Assembly: GCA_964016885.1 (NCBI GenBank)
Contig: OZ024743.1
Coordinates: 307,892,001-307,956,000, forward strand
Length of the DNA stretch: 64,000 nucleotides
Origin: Eledone cirrhosa
Lineage: Eukaryota
Direction of reading: 5' to 3'
Within the stretch, counting starts at the first letter, position 1; each line of letters starts with the position of its first letter. The notes under the pieces were generated by a model that did not search any database, was not told the origin of the DNA, and saw nothing but the letters and a program-made list of their open reading frames with translations. This document shows, in pieces, positions 52,801-64,000 of the stretch. The translations under genes were made by a program, and so were the position numbers.

Positions 52801-55800
52801 GGTGTATTTTGGTGTATGGTGGTGTATTGTGGTGTATGGTGGTGTATTGTGGGGGTATTGTGGTGTATGGTGGGGTATTGTGGTGCATGGTGCTGTATTG
52901 TGGTGTATTGTGGTGCATGGTAGTGTATGGTGGTGTATGGTGGTGTATGGTGGTGTATTGTGGTGTATGGTGGTGTATTGTGGTGTATGGTGGTGTATGG
53001 TGGTATATTGTGGGGTATGGTGGTGTATGGTAGTGTACTGTGGTGTGTCGTGGTGTATGGTGGTGTATGGTGGTGTATGGTGGTGTATGGTGGTGTATTG
53101 TGGTGTATGGTGGTGTATGGTGGTGTATGGTGGTGTATTGTGGTGTATGGTGGTATATGGCGGTGTATGGTGGTGTATTGTGGTGTATGGTGGTGTATGG
53201 TGGTGTATGGTGGTGTATTATGGTGTATAGTGGTGTATAGTGGTGTATGGTGGTGTATGGTGGTGTATTGTGGTGTATTGTGGTGTATTGTGGTGTATGG
53301 TGGTGTATTGTGGTGTATGGTGGTGTATTGTGGTGTATTGTGGTGTATGGTGGTGTATGGTGGTGTATTGTGGTGTATGGTGGTGTATTGTGGTGTATGG
53401 TGGTGTATTGTGGGGGTATTGTGGTGTATGGTGGGGTATTGTGGTGTATGGTGCTGTATTGTGGTGTATTGTGGTGCGTGGTAGTGTATGGTGGTGTATG
53501 GTGGTGTATGGTGGTGCATTATGGTGTATGGTGGTGTATTGTGGTGTATGGTGGTGTATGGTGGTATATTGTGGGGTATGGTGGTGTATGGTAGTGTACT
53601 GTGGTGTGTGGTGGTGTATGGTGGTTTTATGCTGGTGTATGGTGGTGTATAGTGGTGTGTGGTGTATGGTGGTGTATGGTGGTGTACGGTGGTGTATGGT
53701 GGTGTATGGTCGTGTATTGTGGTGTATTGTGGTGTATGGTGGTGTATGGTGGTCTATTGTGGTGTATGGTGGTGTATGGTGGTCTATTGTGGTGTATGGT
53801 GGTGGATTGTGGTGTATGGTGGTGTATTGTGGTGTATGGTGGTGTATGGTCGTGTATGCTGTATGGTGGTGTATGGTGGTGTATGTTGGTGTATGGTGGT
53901 GTATGGTGGTGTATGGTGGTGTATGGTGGTGTATTGTGGTGTATGGTGGTGTATGGTGGTGTATTGTGGTGTGTGGTGGTGTATGGTGGTGTATGGTGGT
54001 GTATTGTGGTGTATGGTGGTGTATTGTGGTGTGTGGTGGTGTATTGTGGTGTATGGTGGTGTATTGTGGTGTGTGGTGGTGTATGGTGGTGTATTGTGGT
54101 ATATGGTGGTGTATGGTGGTGTATGATGGTGTATTGTGGTGTATGGTGGTGTATTGTAGTGTATGGTGGTGTATGGTGGTCTATTGTGGTGTATGGTGGT
54201 GTATGGTGGGGTATGGTGGTGTATGGTGGTGTATGGTGGTGTATTGTGGTGTATGGTGGTGTATGGTGGTGTATGGTGTATGGTGGTGTATGGTGGTGTA
54301 TGGTGTATGGTGGTGTATGGTGGTATATGGTGGTGTATGATGGTGTATTGTGGTGTATGGTGGTGTATGGTGGTGTATTGTGGTGTATGATGGTGTATTG
54401 TGGTGCATGGTAGTGTATGGTGGTGTATGGTGGTGTATGGTGGTGTATTGTGGTGTATGGTGGTGTATTGTGGTGTATGGTGGTGTATGGTGGTCTATTG
54501 TGGTGTATGGTGGTGGATTGTGGTGTGTGGTGGTGTATGGTGGTGTATGGTGGTGTATTGTGGTGTATGGTGGTGTATTGTGGTGTATGGTGGTGTATGG
54601 TCGTGTATGCTGTATGGTGGTGTATTGTGGTGTGTTGTGGTGTATTGTGGTATATGGTGGTGTATGGTGGTGTATGATGGTGTATGGTGGTGTATGGTGG
54701 TGTATTGTGGTGTATGGTGGTGTATGGTGGTGTATGGTGGTGTATGGTGGTGTATGGTGGTGTATGGTGGTGTATTGTGGTGTGTGGTGGTGTATGGTGG
54801 TGTATGGTGGTGTATTGTGGTGTATGGTGGTGTATTGTGGTGTGTGGTGGTGTATGGTGGTATATTGTGGTATATGGTGGTGTATGGTGGTGTATGATGG
54901 TGTATTGTGGTGTATGGTGGTGTATTGTGGTGTATGGTGGTGTATGGTGGTCTATTGTGGTGTATGGTGGTGTATGGTGGGGTATGGTGGTGTATGGTGG
55001 TGTATGGTGGTGTATTGTGGTGTATGGTGGTGTATGGTGGTGTATGGTGTATGGTGGTGTATGGTGGTGTATGGTGGTGTATTGTGGTGTATGGTGGTGT
55101 ATTGTGGTGTATGATGGTGTATTGTGGTGTATGGTGGTGTATGGTGGTGTATTGTGGTGTATGGTGGTGTATTGTGGTGTATGGTGGTGTATGGTGGTCT
55201 ATTGTGGTGTATGGTGGTGTATGGTGGGGTATGGTGGTGTATGGTGGTGTATGGTGGTGTATTGTGGTGTATGGTGGTGTATGGTGGTCTATTGTTGTGT
55301 ATGGTGGTGTATGGTGGTGTATTGTGGTGTATTGTGGTGTATGGTGGTGTATGGTGTATTGTGGTGTATGGTGGTGTATTGTGGTGTGTGGTGGTGTATT
55401 GTGGTGTATGGTGGGGTATGGTGGTGTATGGTGGTGTATTGTGTTGTATGGTGGTGTATGGTGGTGTATGGTGGTATATTGTGGTGTATTGTGGTGTATT
55501 GTGGTATATGGTGGTGTATTGTGGTGTATGGTGGTGTATGATGGTGTATTGTGGTGTATGGTGGTGTATTGTGGTGTATGGTGGTGTATGGTGGTGTATG
55601 GTGGTGTATGGTGGTGTATTGTGGTGTATGGTGGTGTATGGTGGTGTATGGTGGTGTATGGTGGGGTATGGTGGTGTATGGTGGTGTATGGTGGTGTATT
55701 GTGGTGTATGGTGGTGTATGGTGGTGTATAGTGTATGGTGGTGTATGGTGGTGTATGGTGGTGTATTGTGGTGTATGGTGGTGTATTGTGGTGTATGATG

Positions 55801-58016
55801 GTGTATTGTGGTGTATGGTGGTGTATGGTGGTGTATTGTGGTGTATGGTGGTGTATTGTGGTGTATGGTGGTGTATGATGGTGTATGCTGGTGTATGGTG
55901 GTGTATGGTGGTGTATGGTGGTGTATTGTGGTGTGTGGTGGTGTATTGTGGTGTATTGTGGTGTATGGTGGTGTATTGTGGTGTATGGTGGTGTATTGTG
56001 GTGTATGGTGGTGTATGGTGGTGTATGGTGTATTGTGGTGTATGGTGGTGAATTGTGGTGTGTGGTGGTGTATTGTGGTGTATGGTGGGGTATGGTGGTG
56101 TATGGTGGTGTATTGTGTTGTATGGTGGTGTATGGTGGTGTATGGTGGTGTATGGTGGTGTATGGTGGTGTGTGGTGGTGTATTGTGGTGTATGGTGGTG
56201 TGTGGTGCTGTATGCTGGTGTATGGTAGTGTATGGTGGTATATGGTGGTGTATGGTGGTGTATGGTGGTGTATGGTGGTGTATGGTGGTGTATGGTGGTG
56301 TATGGTGGTGTATGGTGGGGTATGGTGGTGTATGGTGGGGTATGGTAGTGTATTGCGGTGTATTGTGGTGTATGGTGGGTTATGGTGGTGTATGGTGGTG
56401 TATTGTGGTGTATTGTGGTGTATGGTGGTGTATTGTGGTGTATGGTGGTGTATGGTGGTGTATTGTGGTGTATGGTGGTATATTGTGGTGTGTGGTGGTG
56501 TATTGTGGTGTATGGTGGTGTATGGTGGTGTATGGTGGTGTATTGTGGTGTATTGTGGTGTATGGTGGTGTATTGTAGTGTATTGTGGTGTATAGTGGTG
56601 TATGGTGGTGTATTGTGGTGTATTGTGGTGTATGGTGTGGTATGGTGGTGTATGGTGGTGTATGGTGGTGTATTGTGGTGTATGGTGGTATATTGTGGTG
56701 TATTGTGGTGTATTGTGATGTGTGGTGGTGTATTGTGGTGTATGGTGGTGTATGGTGGTGTATTGTGGTGTATTGTGGTGTATGGTGGTGTATGGTGGTG
56801 TATGGTGGTGTATTGTGGTGTATTGTGGTGTATGGTGGTGTATTGTGGTGTATGGTGCTGTATTGTGGTGTATGGTGGTGTATAGTGGTGTATAGTGGTG
56901 TATGGTGGTGTATGGTGGTGTATTGTGGTGTATTGTGGTGTATTGTGGTGTATGGTGGTGTATGGTGGTGTATTGTGGTGTATTGTGGTGTATTGTGGTG
57001 TATGGTGGTGTATTGTGGTGTATGGTGGTTTATGGTGGTTTATGGTGGTGTGTGGTGTATTGTGGTGTATGGTGGTGTATTGTGGTGTGTGGTGGTGTAT
57101 GGTGGTTTATGGTTGTTTATGGTGGTGTATGGTGTGGTATGGTGGTGTATTGTGGTGTATGCTGGTGTATTGTGGTGTATGGTCGTGTATGGTGGTGTAT
57201 GGTGGTGTATGGTGGTGTATTGTGGTGTATGGTGGTGTATTGTGGTGTATGGTGCTGTATTGTGATGTATGGTGGTGTATTGTGGTGTATGGTGGTGTAT
57301 TGTGGTGTATGGTGGTGTATTGTGGTGTATGGTGGTGTATTGTGGTGTATGGTGGTGTATTGTGGTGTATGGTGGTGTATTGTGGGGGTATTGTGGTGTA
57401 TGGTGGGGTATTGTGGTGTATTGTGGTGTATGGTGGTGTATGGTGCTGTATTGTGGTGTATTGTGGTGCGTGGTAGTGTATGGTGGTGTATGGTGGTGTA
57501 TGGTGGTGTATTGTGGTGTACGGTGGGGTATGGTGGTGTATGGTGGTGTATTGTGGTGTATGGTGGTGTATGGTGGTGTATTGTGGTGTATGGTGGTGTG
57601 TGGTGGTGTATGCTGGTGTATGCTGGTGTATGGTGGTATATGGTGGTGTATGGTGGTGTATGGTGGTGTATTGTGGTGTATGGTGGTGTATGGTGGTGTA
57701 TGGTGGTGTATGGTGGTGTATGGTGAGGTATGGTGGTGTATGGTGGGGTATGGTAGTGTATTGCGGTGTATTGTGGTGTATGGTGGGTTATGGTGGTGTA
57801 TGGTGGTGTGTTGTGGTGTATGGTAGTATATTGTGGTGTATGGTGGTGTATTGTGGTGTATGGTGGTGTATGGTGATGTATGGTGGTGTATTGTGGTGTA
57901 TTGTGGTGTATGGTGGTGTATTGTGGTGTATGGTGGTGTATAGTGGTGTATGGTGGTGTATTGTGGTGTATGGTGGTGTATTGTGATGTATAGTGGTGTA
58001 TGGTGGTGTATGGTGG
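49813..58016 (+). repeat. HOR unit U5 (~8.2 kb, subtype Y, diverging at its 3' end)
   Basis: TTTCTTG at ~52004 and GAATTG at 56050. After ~57760 the variant order departs from U2/U3. Confidence 0.85.
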
Positions 58017-61000
58017 TTTTATGGTGGTGTATGGTGGTGTATTGTGGTGTATGGTGGGGTATGGTGGTGTATGGTGGTGTATTGTGGTGTATGGTGCTGT
58101 ATTGTGGTGTATGGTGGTGTATAGTGGTGTATAGTGGTGTATGGTCGTGTATGGTGGTGTATGGTGGTGTATGGTGGTGTATGGTGGTGTATGGTGGTGT
58201 GTGGTGGTGTATTGTGGTGTATGGTGGTGTGTGGTGGTGTATGCTGGTGTATGGTGGTGTATGGTGGTATATGGTGGTGTATGGTGGTGTATGGTGGTGT
58301 ATTGTGGTGTATGGTGGTGTATGGTGGTGTATGGTGGTGTATGGTGGTGTATGGAGGTGTATGGTGAGGTATGGTGGTGTATGGTGGGGTATGGTAGTGT
58401 ATTGCGGTGTATTGTGGTGTATGGTGGGTTATGGTGGTGTATGGTGGTGTATTGTGGTGTATTGTGGTGTATTGTGGTGTATGGTGGTGTATGGTGGTGT
58501 ATGGTGGTGTATTTTGGTGTATGGTGGTATATTGTGGTGTATTGTGGTGTATTGTGGTGTATTGTGGTGTATGGTGGTGTATGGTGGTGTATGGTGGTGT
58601 ATTGTGGTGTATGGTGGTATATTGTGGTGTATGGTGGTGTATTGTGGTGTATGGTGGTGTATGGTGGTGTATGGTGGTGTATTGTGGTGTATAGTGGTGT
58701 ATGGTGGTATATTGTGGTGTATGGTGGTGTATTGTGGTGTATGGTGGTGTATGGTGGTGTATGGTGGTGTATTGTGGTGTATGGTGGTGTATGGTGGTGT
58801 ATGGTGGTATATTGTGGTGTATGGTGGTGTATTGTGGTGTATGGTGGTGTATGGTGGTGTATGGTGGTATATTGTGGTGTATGGTGGTGTATTGTGGTGT
58901 ATGGTGGTGTATGGTGGTGTATGGTGGTGTATTGTGGTGTATAGTGGTGTATGGTGGTGTATGGTGGTTTTATGGTGGTGTATTGTGGTGTATTGTGGTG
59001 TATGGTGTGGTATGGTGGTGTATGGTGGTGTATTGTGGTGTATGGTGGTGTATGGTGGTGTATGGTGGTGTATGGTGGTGTATTGTGGTGTATTGTGGTG
59101 TATGGTGGTGTATGGTGGTGTATTGTGGTGTATGGTGGTGTATGGTGGGGTATGGTGGTGTATGGTGGTGTATGGTGGTGTATTGTGGTGTATGGTGGTG
59201 TATGGTGGTCTATTGTTGTGTATGGTGGTGTATGGTGGTGTATTGTGGTGTATTGTGGTGTATGGTGGTGTATTGTGGTGTGTGGTGGTGTATTGTGGTG
59301 TATGGTGGGGTATGGTGGTGTATGGTGGTGTATTGTGTTGTATGGTGGTGTATGGTGGTGTATGGTGGTATATTGTGGTGTATTGTGGTGTATTGTGGTA
59401 TATGGTGGTGTATTGTGGTGTATGGTGGTGTATGATGGTGTATTGTGGTGTATGGTGGTGTATTGTGGTGTATGGTGGTGTATGGTGGTGTATGGTGGTG
59501 TATGGTGGTGTATTGTGGTGTATGGTGGTGTATGGTGGTGTATGGTGGTGTATGGTGGGGTATGGTGGTGTATGGTGGTGTATGGTGGTGTATTGTGGTG
59601 TATGGTGGTGTATGGTGGTGTATAGTGTATGGTGGTGTATGGTGGTGTATGGTGGTGTATTGTGGTGTATGGTGGTGTATTGTGGTGTATGATGGTGTAT
59701 TGTGGTGTATGGTGGTGTATGGTGGTGTATTGTGGTGTATGGTGGTGTATTGTGGTGTATGGTGGTGTATGATGGTGTATGCTGGTGTATGGTGGTGTAT
59801 GGTGGTGTATGGTGGTGTATTGTGGTGTGTGGTGGTGTATTGTGGTGTATTGTGGTGTATGGTGGTGTATTGTGGTGTATGGTGGTGTATGGTGGTGTAT
59901 GGTGTATTGTGGTGTATGGTGGTGTATTGTGGTGTGTGGTGGTGTATTGTGGTGTATGGTGGGGTATGGTGGTGTATGGTGGTGTATTGTGTTGTATGGT
60001 GGTGTATGGTGGTGTATGGTGGTGTATGGTGGTGTATGGTGGTGTGTGGTGGTGTATTGTGGTGTATGGTGGTGTGTGGTGCTGTATGCTGGTGTATGGT
60101 AGTGTATGGTGGTATATGGTGGTGTATGGTGGTGTATGGTGGTGTATTGTGGTGTATGGTGGTGTATGGTGGTGTATGGTGGTGTATGGTGGTGTATGGT
60201 GGGGTATGGTGGTGTATGGTGGGGTATGGTAGTGTATTGCGGTGTATTGTGGTGTATGGTGGGTTATGGTGGTGTATGGTGGTGTATTGTGGTGTATTGT
60301 GGTGTATGGTGGTGTATTGTGGTGTATGGTGGTGTATGGTGGTGTATTGTGGTGTATGGTGGTATATTGTGGTGTGTGGTGGTGTATTGTGGTGTATGGT
60401 GGTGTATGGTGGTGTATGGTGGTGTATTGTGGTGTATTGTGGTGTATGGTGGTGTATTGTAGTGTATTGTGGTGTATAGTGGTGTATGGTGGTGTATTGT
60501 GGTGTATTGTGGTGTATGGTGTGGTATGGTGGTGTATGGTGGTGTATGGTGGTGTATTGTGGTGTATGGTGGTATATTGTGGTGTATTGTGGTGTATTGT
60601 GATGTGTGGTGGTGTATTGTGGTGTATGGTGGTGTATGGTGGTGTATTGTGGTGTATTGTGGTGTATGGTGGTGTATGGTGGTGTATGGTGGTGTATTGT
60701 GGTGTATTGTGGTGTATTGTGGTGTATGGTGGTGTATTGTGGTGTATGGTGGTGTATTGTGGTGTATGGTGCTGTATTGTGGTGTATGGTGGTGTATAGT
60801 GGTGTATAGTGGTGTATGGTGGTGTATGGTGGTGTATTGTGGTGTATTGTGGTGTATTGTGGTGTATGGTGGTGTATGGTGGTGTATTGTGGTGTATTGT
60901 GGTGTATTGTGGTGTATGGTGGTGTATTGTGGTGTATGGTGGTTTATGGTGGTTTATGGTGGTGTGTGGTGTATTGTGGTGTATGGTGGTGTATTGTGGT

Positions 61001-62900
61001 GTGTGGTGGTGTATGGTGGTGTATGGTTGTTTATGGTGGTGTATGGTGTGGTATGGTGGTGTATTGTGGTGTATGCTGGTGTATTGTGGTGTATGGTCGT
61101 GTATGGTGGTGTATGGTGGTGTATGGTGGTGTATTGTGGTGTATGGTGGTGTATTGTGGTGTATGGTGCTGTATTGTGATGTATGGTGGTGTATTGTGGT
61201 GTATGGTGGTGTATTGTGGTGTATGGTGGTGTATTGTGGTGTATGGTGGTGTATTGTGGTGTATGGTGGTGTATTGTGGTGTATGGTGGTGTATTGTGGG
61301 GGTATTGTGGTGTATGGTGGGGTATTGTGGTGTATTGTGGTGTATGGTGGTGTATGGTGCTGTATTGTGGTGTATTGTGGTGCGTGGTAGTGTATGGTGG
61401 TGTATGGTGGTGTATTGTGGTGTACGGTGGGGTATGGTGGTGTATGGTGGTGTATTGTGGTGTATGGTGGTGTATGGTGGTGTATTGTGGTGTATGGTGG
61501 TGTGTGGTGGTGTATGCTGGTGTATGCTGGTGTATGGTGGTATATGGTGGTGTATGGTGGTGTATGGTGGTGTATTGTGGTGTATGGTGGTGTATGGTGG
61601 TGTATGGTGGTGTATGGTGAGGTATGGTGGTGTATGGTGGGGTATGGTAGTGTATTGCGGTGTATTGTGGTGTATGGTGGGTTATGGTGGTGTATGGTGG
61701 TGTGTTGTGGTGTATGGTGGTGTATTGTGGTGTATGGTAGTATATTGTGGTGTATGGTGGTGTATTGTGGTGTATGGTGGTGTATGGTGATGTATGGTGG
61801 TGTATTGTGGTGTATTGTGGTGTATGGTGGTGTATTGTGGTGTATGGTGGTGTATAGTGGTGTATGGTGGTGTATTGTGGTGTATGGTGGTGTATTGTGA
61901 TGTATAGTGGTGTATGGTGGTGTATGGTGGTTTTATGGTGGTGTATGGTGGTGTATTGTGGTGTATGGTGGGGTATGGTGGTGTATGGTGGTGTATTGTG
62001 GTGTATGGTGCTGTATTGTGGTGTATGGTGGTGTATAGTGGTGTATAGTGGTGTATGGTCGTGTATGGTGGTGTATGGTGGTGTATGGTGGTGTATGGTG
62101 GTGTGTGGTGGTGTATTGTGGTGTATGGTGGTGTGTGGTGGTGTATGCTGGTGTATGGTGGTGTATGGTGGTATATGGTGGTGTATGGTGGTGTATGGTG
62201 GTGTATTGTGGTGTATGGTGGTGTATGGTGGTGTATGGTGGTGTATGGTGGTGTATGGAGGTGTATGGTGAGGTATGGTGGTGTATGGTGGGGTATGGTA
62301 GTGTATTGCGGTGTATTGTGGTGTATGGTGGGTTATGGTGGTGTATGGTGGTGTATTGTGGTGTATTGTGGTGTATGGTGGTGTATGGTGGTGTATGGTG
62401 GTGTATTTTGGTGTATGGTGGTATATTGTGGTGTATTGTGGTGTATTGTGGTGTATTGTGGTGTATGGTGGTGTATGGTGGTGTATGGTGGTGTATTGTG
62501 GTGTATGGTGGTATATTGTGGTGTATGGTGGTGTATTGTGGTGTATGGTGGTGTATGGTGGTGTATGGTGGTGTATTGTGGTGTATTGTGGTGTATGGTG
62601 GTGTATTGTGGTGTATGGTGGTGTATGGTGGTGTATGGTGGTGTATTGTGGTGTATGGTGGTGTATTGTGGTGTATAGTGGTGTATGGTGGTGTATGGTG
62701 GTTTTATGGTGGTGTATTGTGGTGTATTGTGGTGTATGGTGTGGTATGGTGGTGTATGGTGGTGTATTGTGGTGTATGGTGGTGTATGGTGGTGTATGGT
62801 GGTGTATGGTGGTGTATTGTGGTGTATTGTGGTGTATGGTGGTGTATGGTGGTGTATTGTGGTGTATGGTGGTGTATGGTGGTGTATGGTGGTGTATTAT
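55250..62900 (+). repeat. Distal ~3.9-kb tandem duplication
   Basis: Landmark offsets are 3914 (56895/60809, 57269/61183, 57950/61864, 58134/62048) and 3894 (55551/59445). Private variants ATGGAGG (~58351/~62255) and GGTAGTATATT (~57822/~61736) occur only here. Confidence 0.85.
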
Positions 62901-64000
62901 GGTGTATAGTGGTGTATAGTGGTGTATGGTGGTGTATGGTGGTGTATTGTGGTGTATTGTGGTGTATGGTGGTGTATGGTGGTGTATGGTGGTGTATTGT
63001 GGTGTATGGTGGTGTATGGTGGTGTATGGTGGTGTATTGTGGTGTATTGTGTTGTATGGTGGTGTATTGTGGCGTATGGTGGTGTATTGTGGTGTATGGT
63101 GCTGTATTGTGGTGTATGGTGCTGTATTGTGGTGTATGGTGCTGTATTGTGGTGTATGGTGGTGTATTGTGGTGTATGGTGGTGTATTGTGGTGTATGGT
63201 GGTGTATTGTGGTGTATGGTGGTGTATTGTGGGGGTATTGTGGTGTATGGTGGGGTATTGTGGTGCATGGTGCTGTATTGTGGTGTATTGTGGTGCATGG
63301 TAGTGTATGGTGGTGTATGGTGGTGTATGGTGGTGTATTGTGGTGTATGGTGGTGTATTGTGGTGTATGGTGGTGTATGGTGGTATATTGTGGGGTATGG
63401 TGGTGTATGATAGTGTACTGTGGTGTGTGGTGGTGTATGGTGGTGTATGGTGGTGTATGGTGGTGTATGGTGGTGTATGGTGGTGTATTGTGGTGTATGG
63501 TGGTGTATGGTGGTGTATGGTGGTGTATTGTGGTGTATGGTGGTATATGGCGGTGTATGGTGGTGTATTGTGGTGTATGGTGGTGTATGGTGGTGTATGG
63601 TGGTGTATTATGGTGTATAGTGGTGTATAGTGGTGTATGGTGGTGTATGGTGGTGTATTGTGGTGTATTGTGGTGTATGGTGGTGTATGGTGGTGTATGG
63701 TGGTGTATTGTGGTGTATTGTGGTGTATGGTGATGTATGGTGGTGTATGGTGGTGTATTGTGGTGTATTGTGTTGTATGGTGGTGTATTGTGGTGTATGG
63801 TGGTGTATTGTGGTGTATGGTGGTGTATTGTGGTGTATGGTGGGGTATTGTGGTGTATGGTGCTGTATTGTGGTGTATTGTGGTGCGTGGTAGTGTATGG
63901 TGGTGTATGGTGGTGTATGGTGGTGTATTATGGTGTATGGTGGTGTATTGTGGTGTATGGTGGTGTATGGTGGTATATTGTGGGGTATGGTGGTGTATGG

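Larger units (their letters stand above)
3421..64000 (+). repeat. Decamer satellite array (GGTGTATGGT / GGTGTATTGT)n, >60 kb, runs off the window end
   Basis: Continuous head-to-tail 10-bp units (~6,000 by length). Two major variants differ at one position (G/T after TAT). Occasional 7-bp (GGTGTAT) and 11-bp (TTTT- or GGGGG-containing) units shift the phase. No inversion or foreign insertion was seen. Confidence 0.99.

Noticed and set aside
3345-63893. Hundreds of long ORFs (VVYGGVWWCM and HHHTPPYTTI repeats, up to 2292 aa)
   Set aside because: They overlap in all frames on both strands, variation follows 10-bp rather than codon periodicity, 11-bp units shift frame freely, and there is no signal peptide or non-repetitive domain. 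They are artefacts of a stop-free decamer.
3421-64000. Telomere array (G-rich strand running toward the window end; resembles yeast TG-rich/Rap1-type GGTGTATGG motifs)
   Set aside because: The flanking SINE/MITE content indicates an animal, probably a mollusc, where TTAGGG is expected, and no TTAGGG tract was seen. Multi-kb HORs with inherited SNPs indicate recombinational amplification rather than telomerase synthesis. A subtelomeric location cannot be excluded.
3421-64000. CRISPR-like or diversity-cassette array
   Set aside because: There are no unique spacers between repeats and no cas, recombinase or reverse transcriptase genes, and the context is eukaryotic.

Overview
Eukaryotic, AT-rich, mostly non-coding window. 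The SINE and MITE families recognised from memory point to an octopus or other cephalopod genome; this is inference, not a database result. Bases 1-~3420 are unique or interspersed-repeat DNA: several tRNA-derived SINE copies and fragments, a TTAA-flanked piggyBac-type MITE nested in an inverted older copy of itself, a 24-bp minisatellite, two possible minus-strand exons and a degenerate 7-bp (TATGGTG-like) GT-rich repeat. From ~3421 to the window end (>60 kb, open-ended) there is one uninterrupted, strand-asymmetric 10-bp satellite, GGTGTATKGT (K=G/T). Rare variant monomers show nested higher-order repeats (HORs): a proximal layer with a ~1.8-2.0 kb duplication, a 5.5-kb proto-unit, five ~8.2-9.0 kb HOR units of two subtypes (order X-Y-Y-X-Y, with a ~25.7-kb super-duplication), sub-repeats of 361, ~651, ~1080 and ~2158 bp, and a distal ~3.9-kb duplication. 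The many long ORFs in the track (GGVWWCMVVY / HHHTPPYTTI repeats) are arithmetic by-products of the 10-mer and are not called as genes. No CRISPR array, rRNA or protein-coding gene could be confidently identified.
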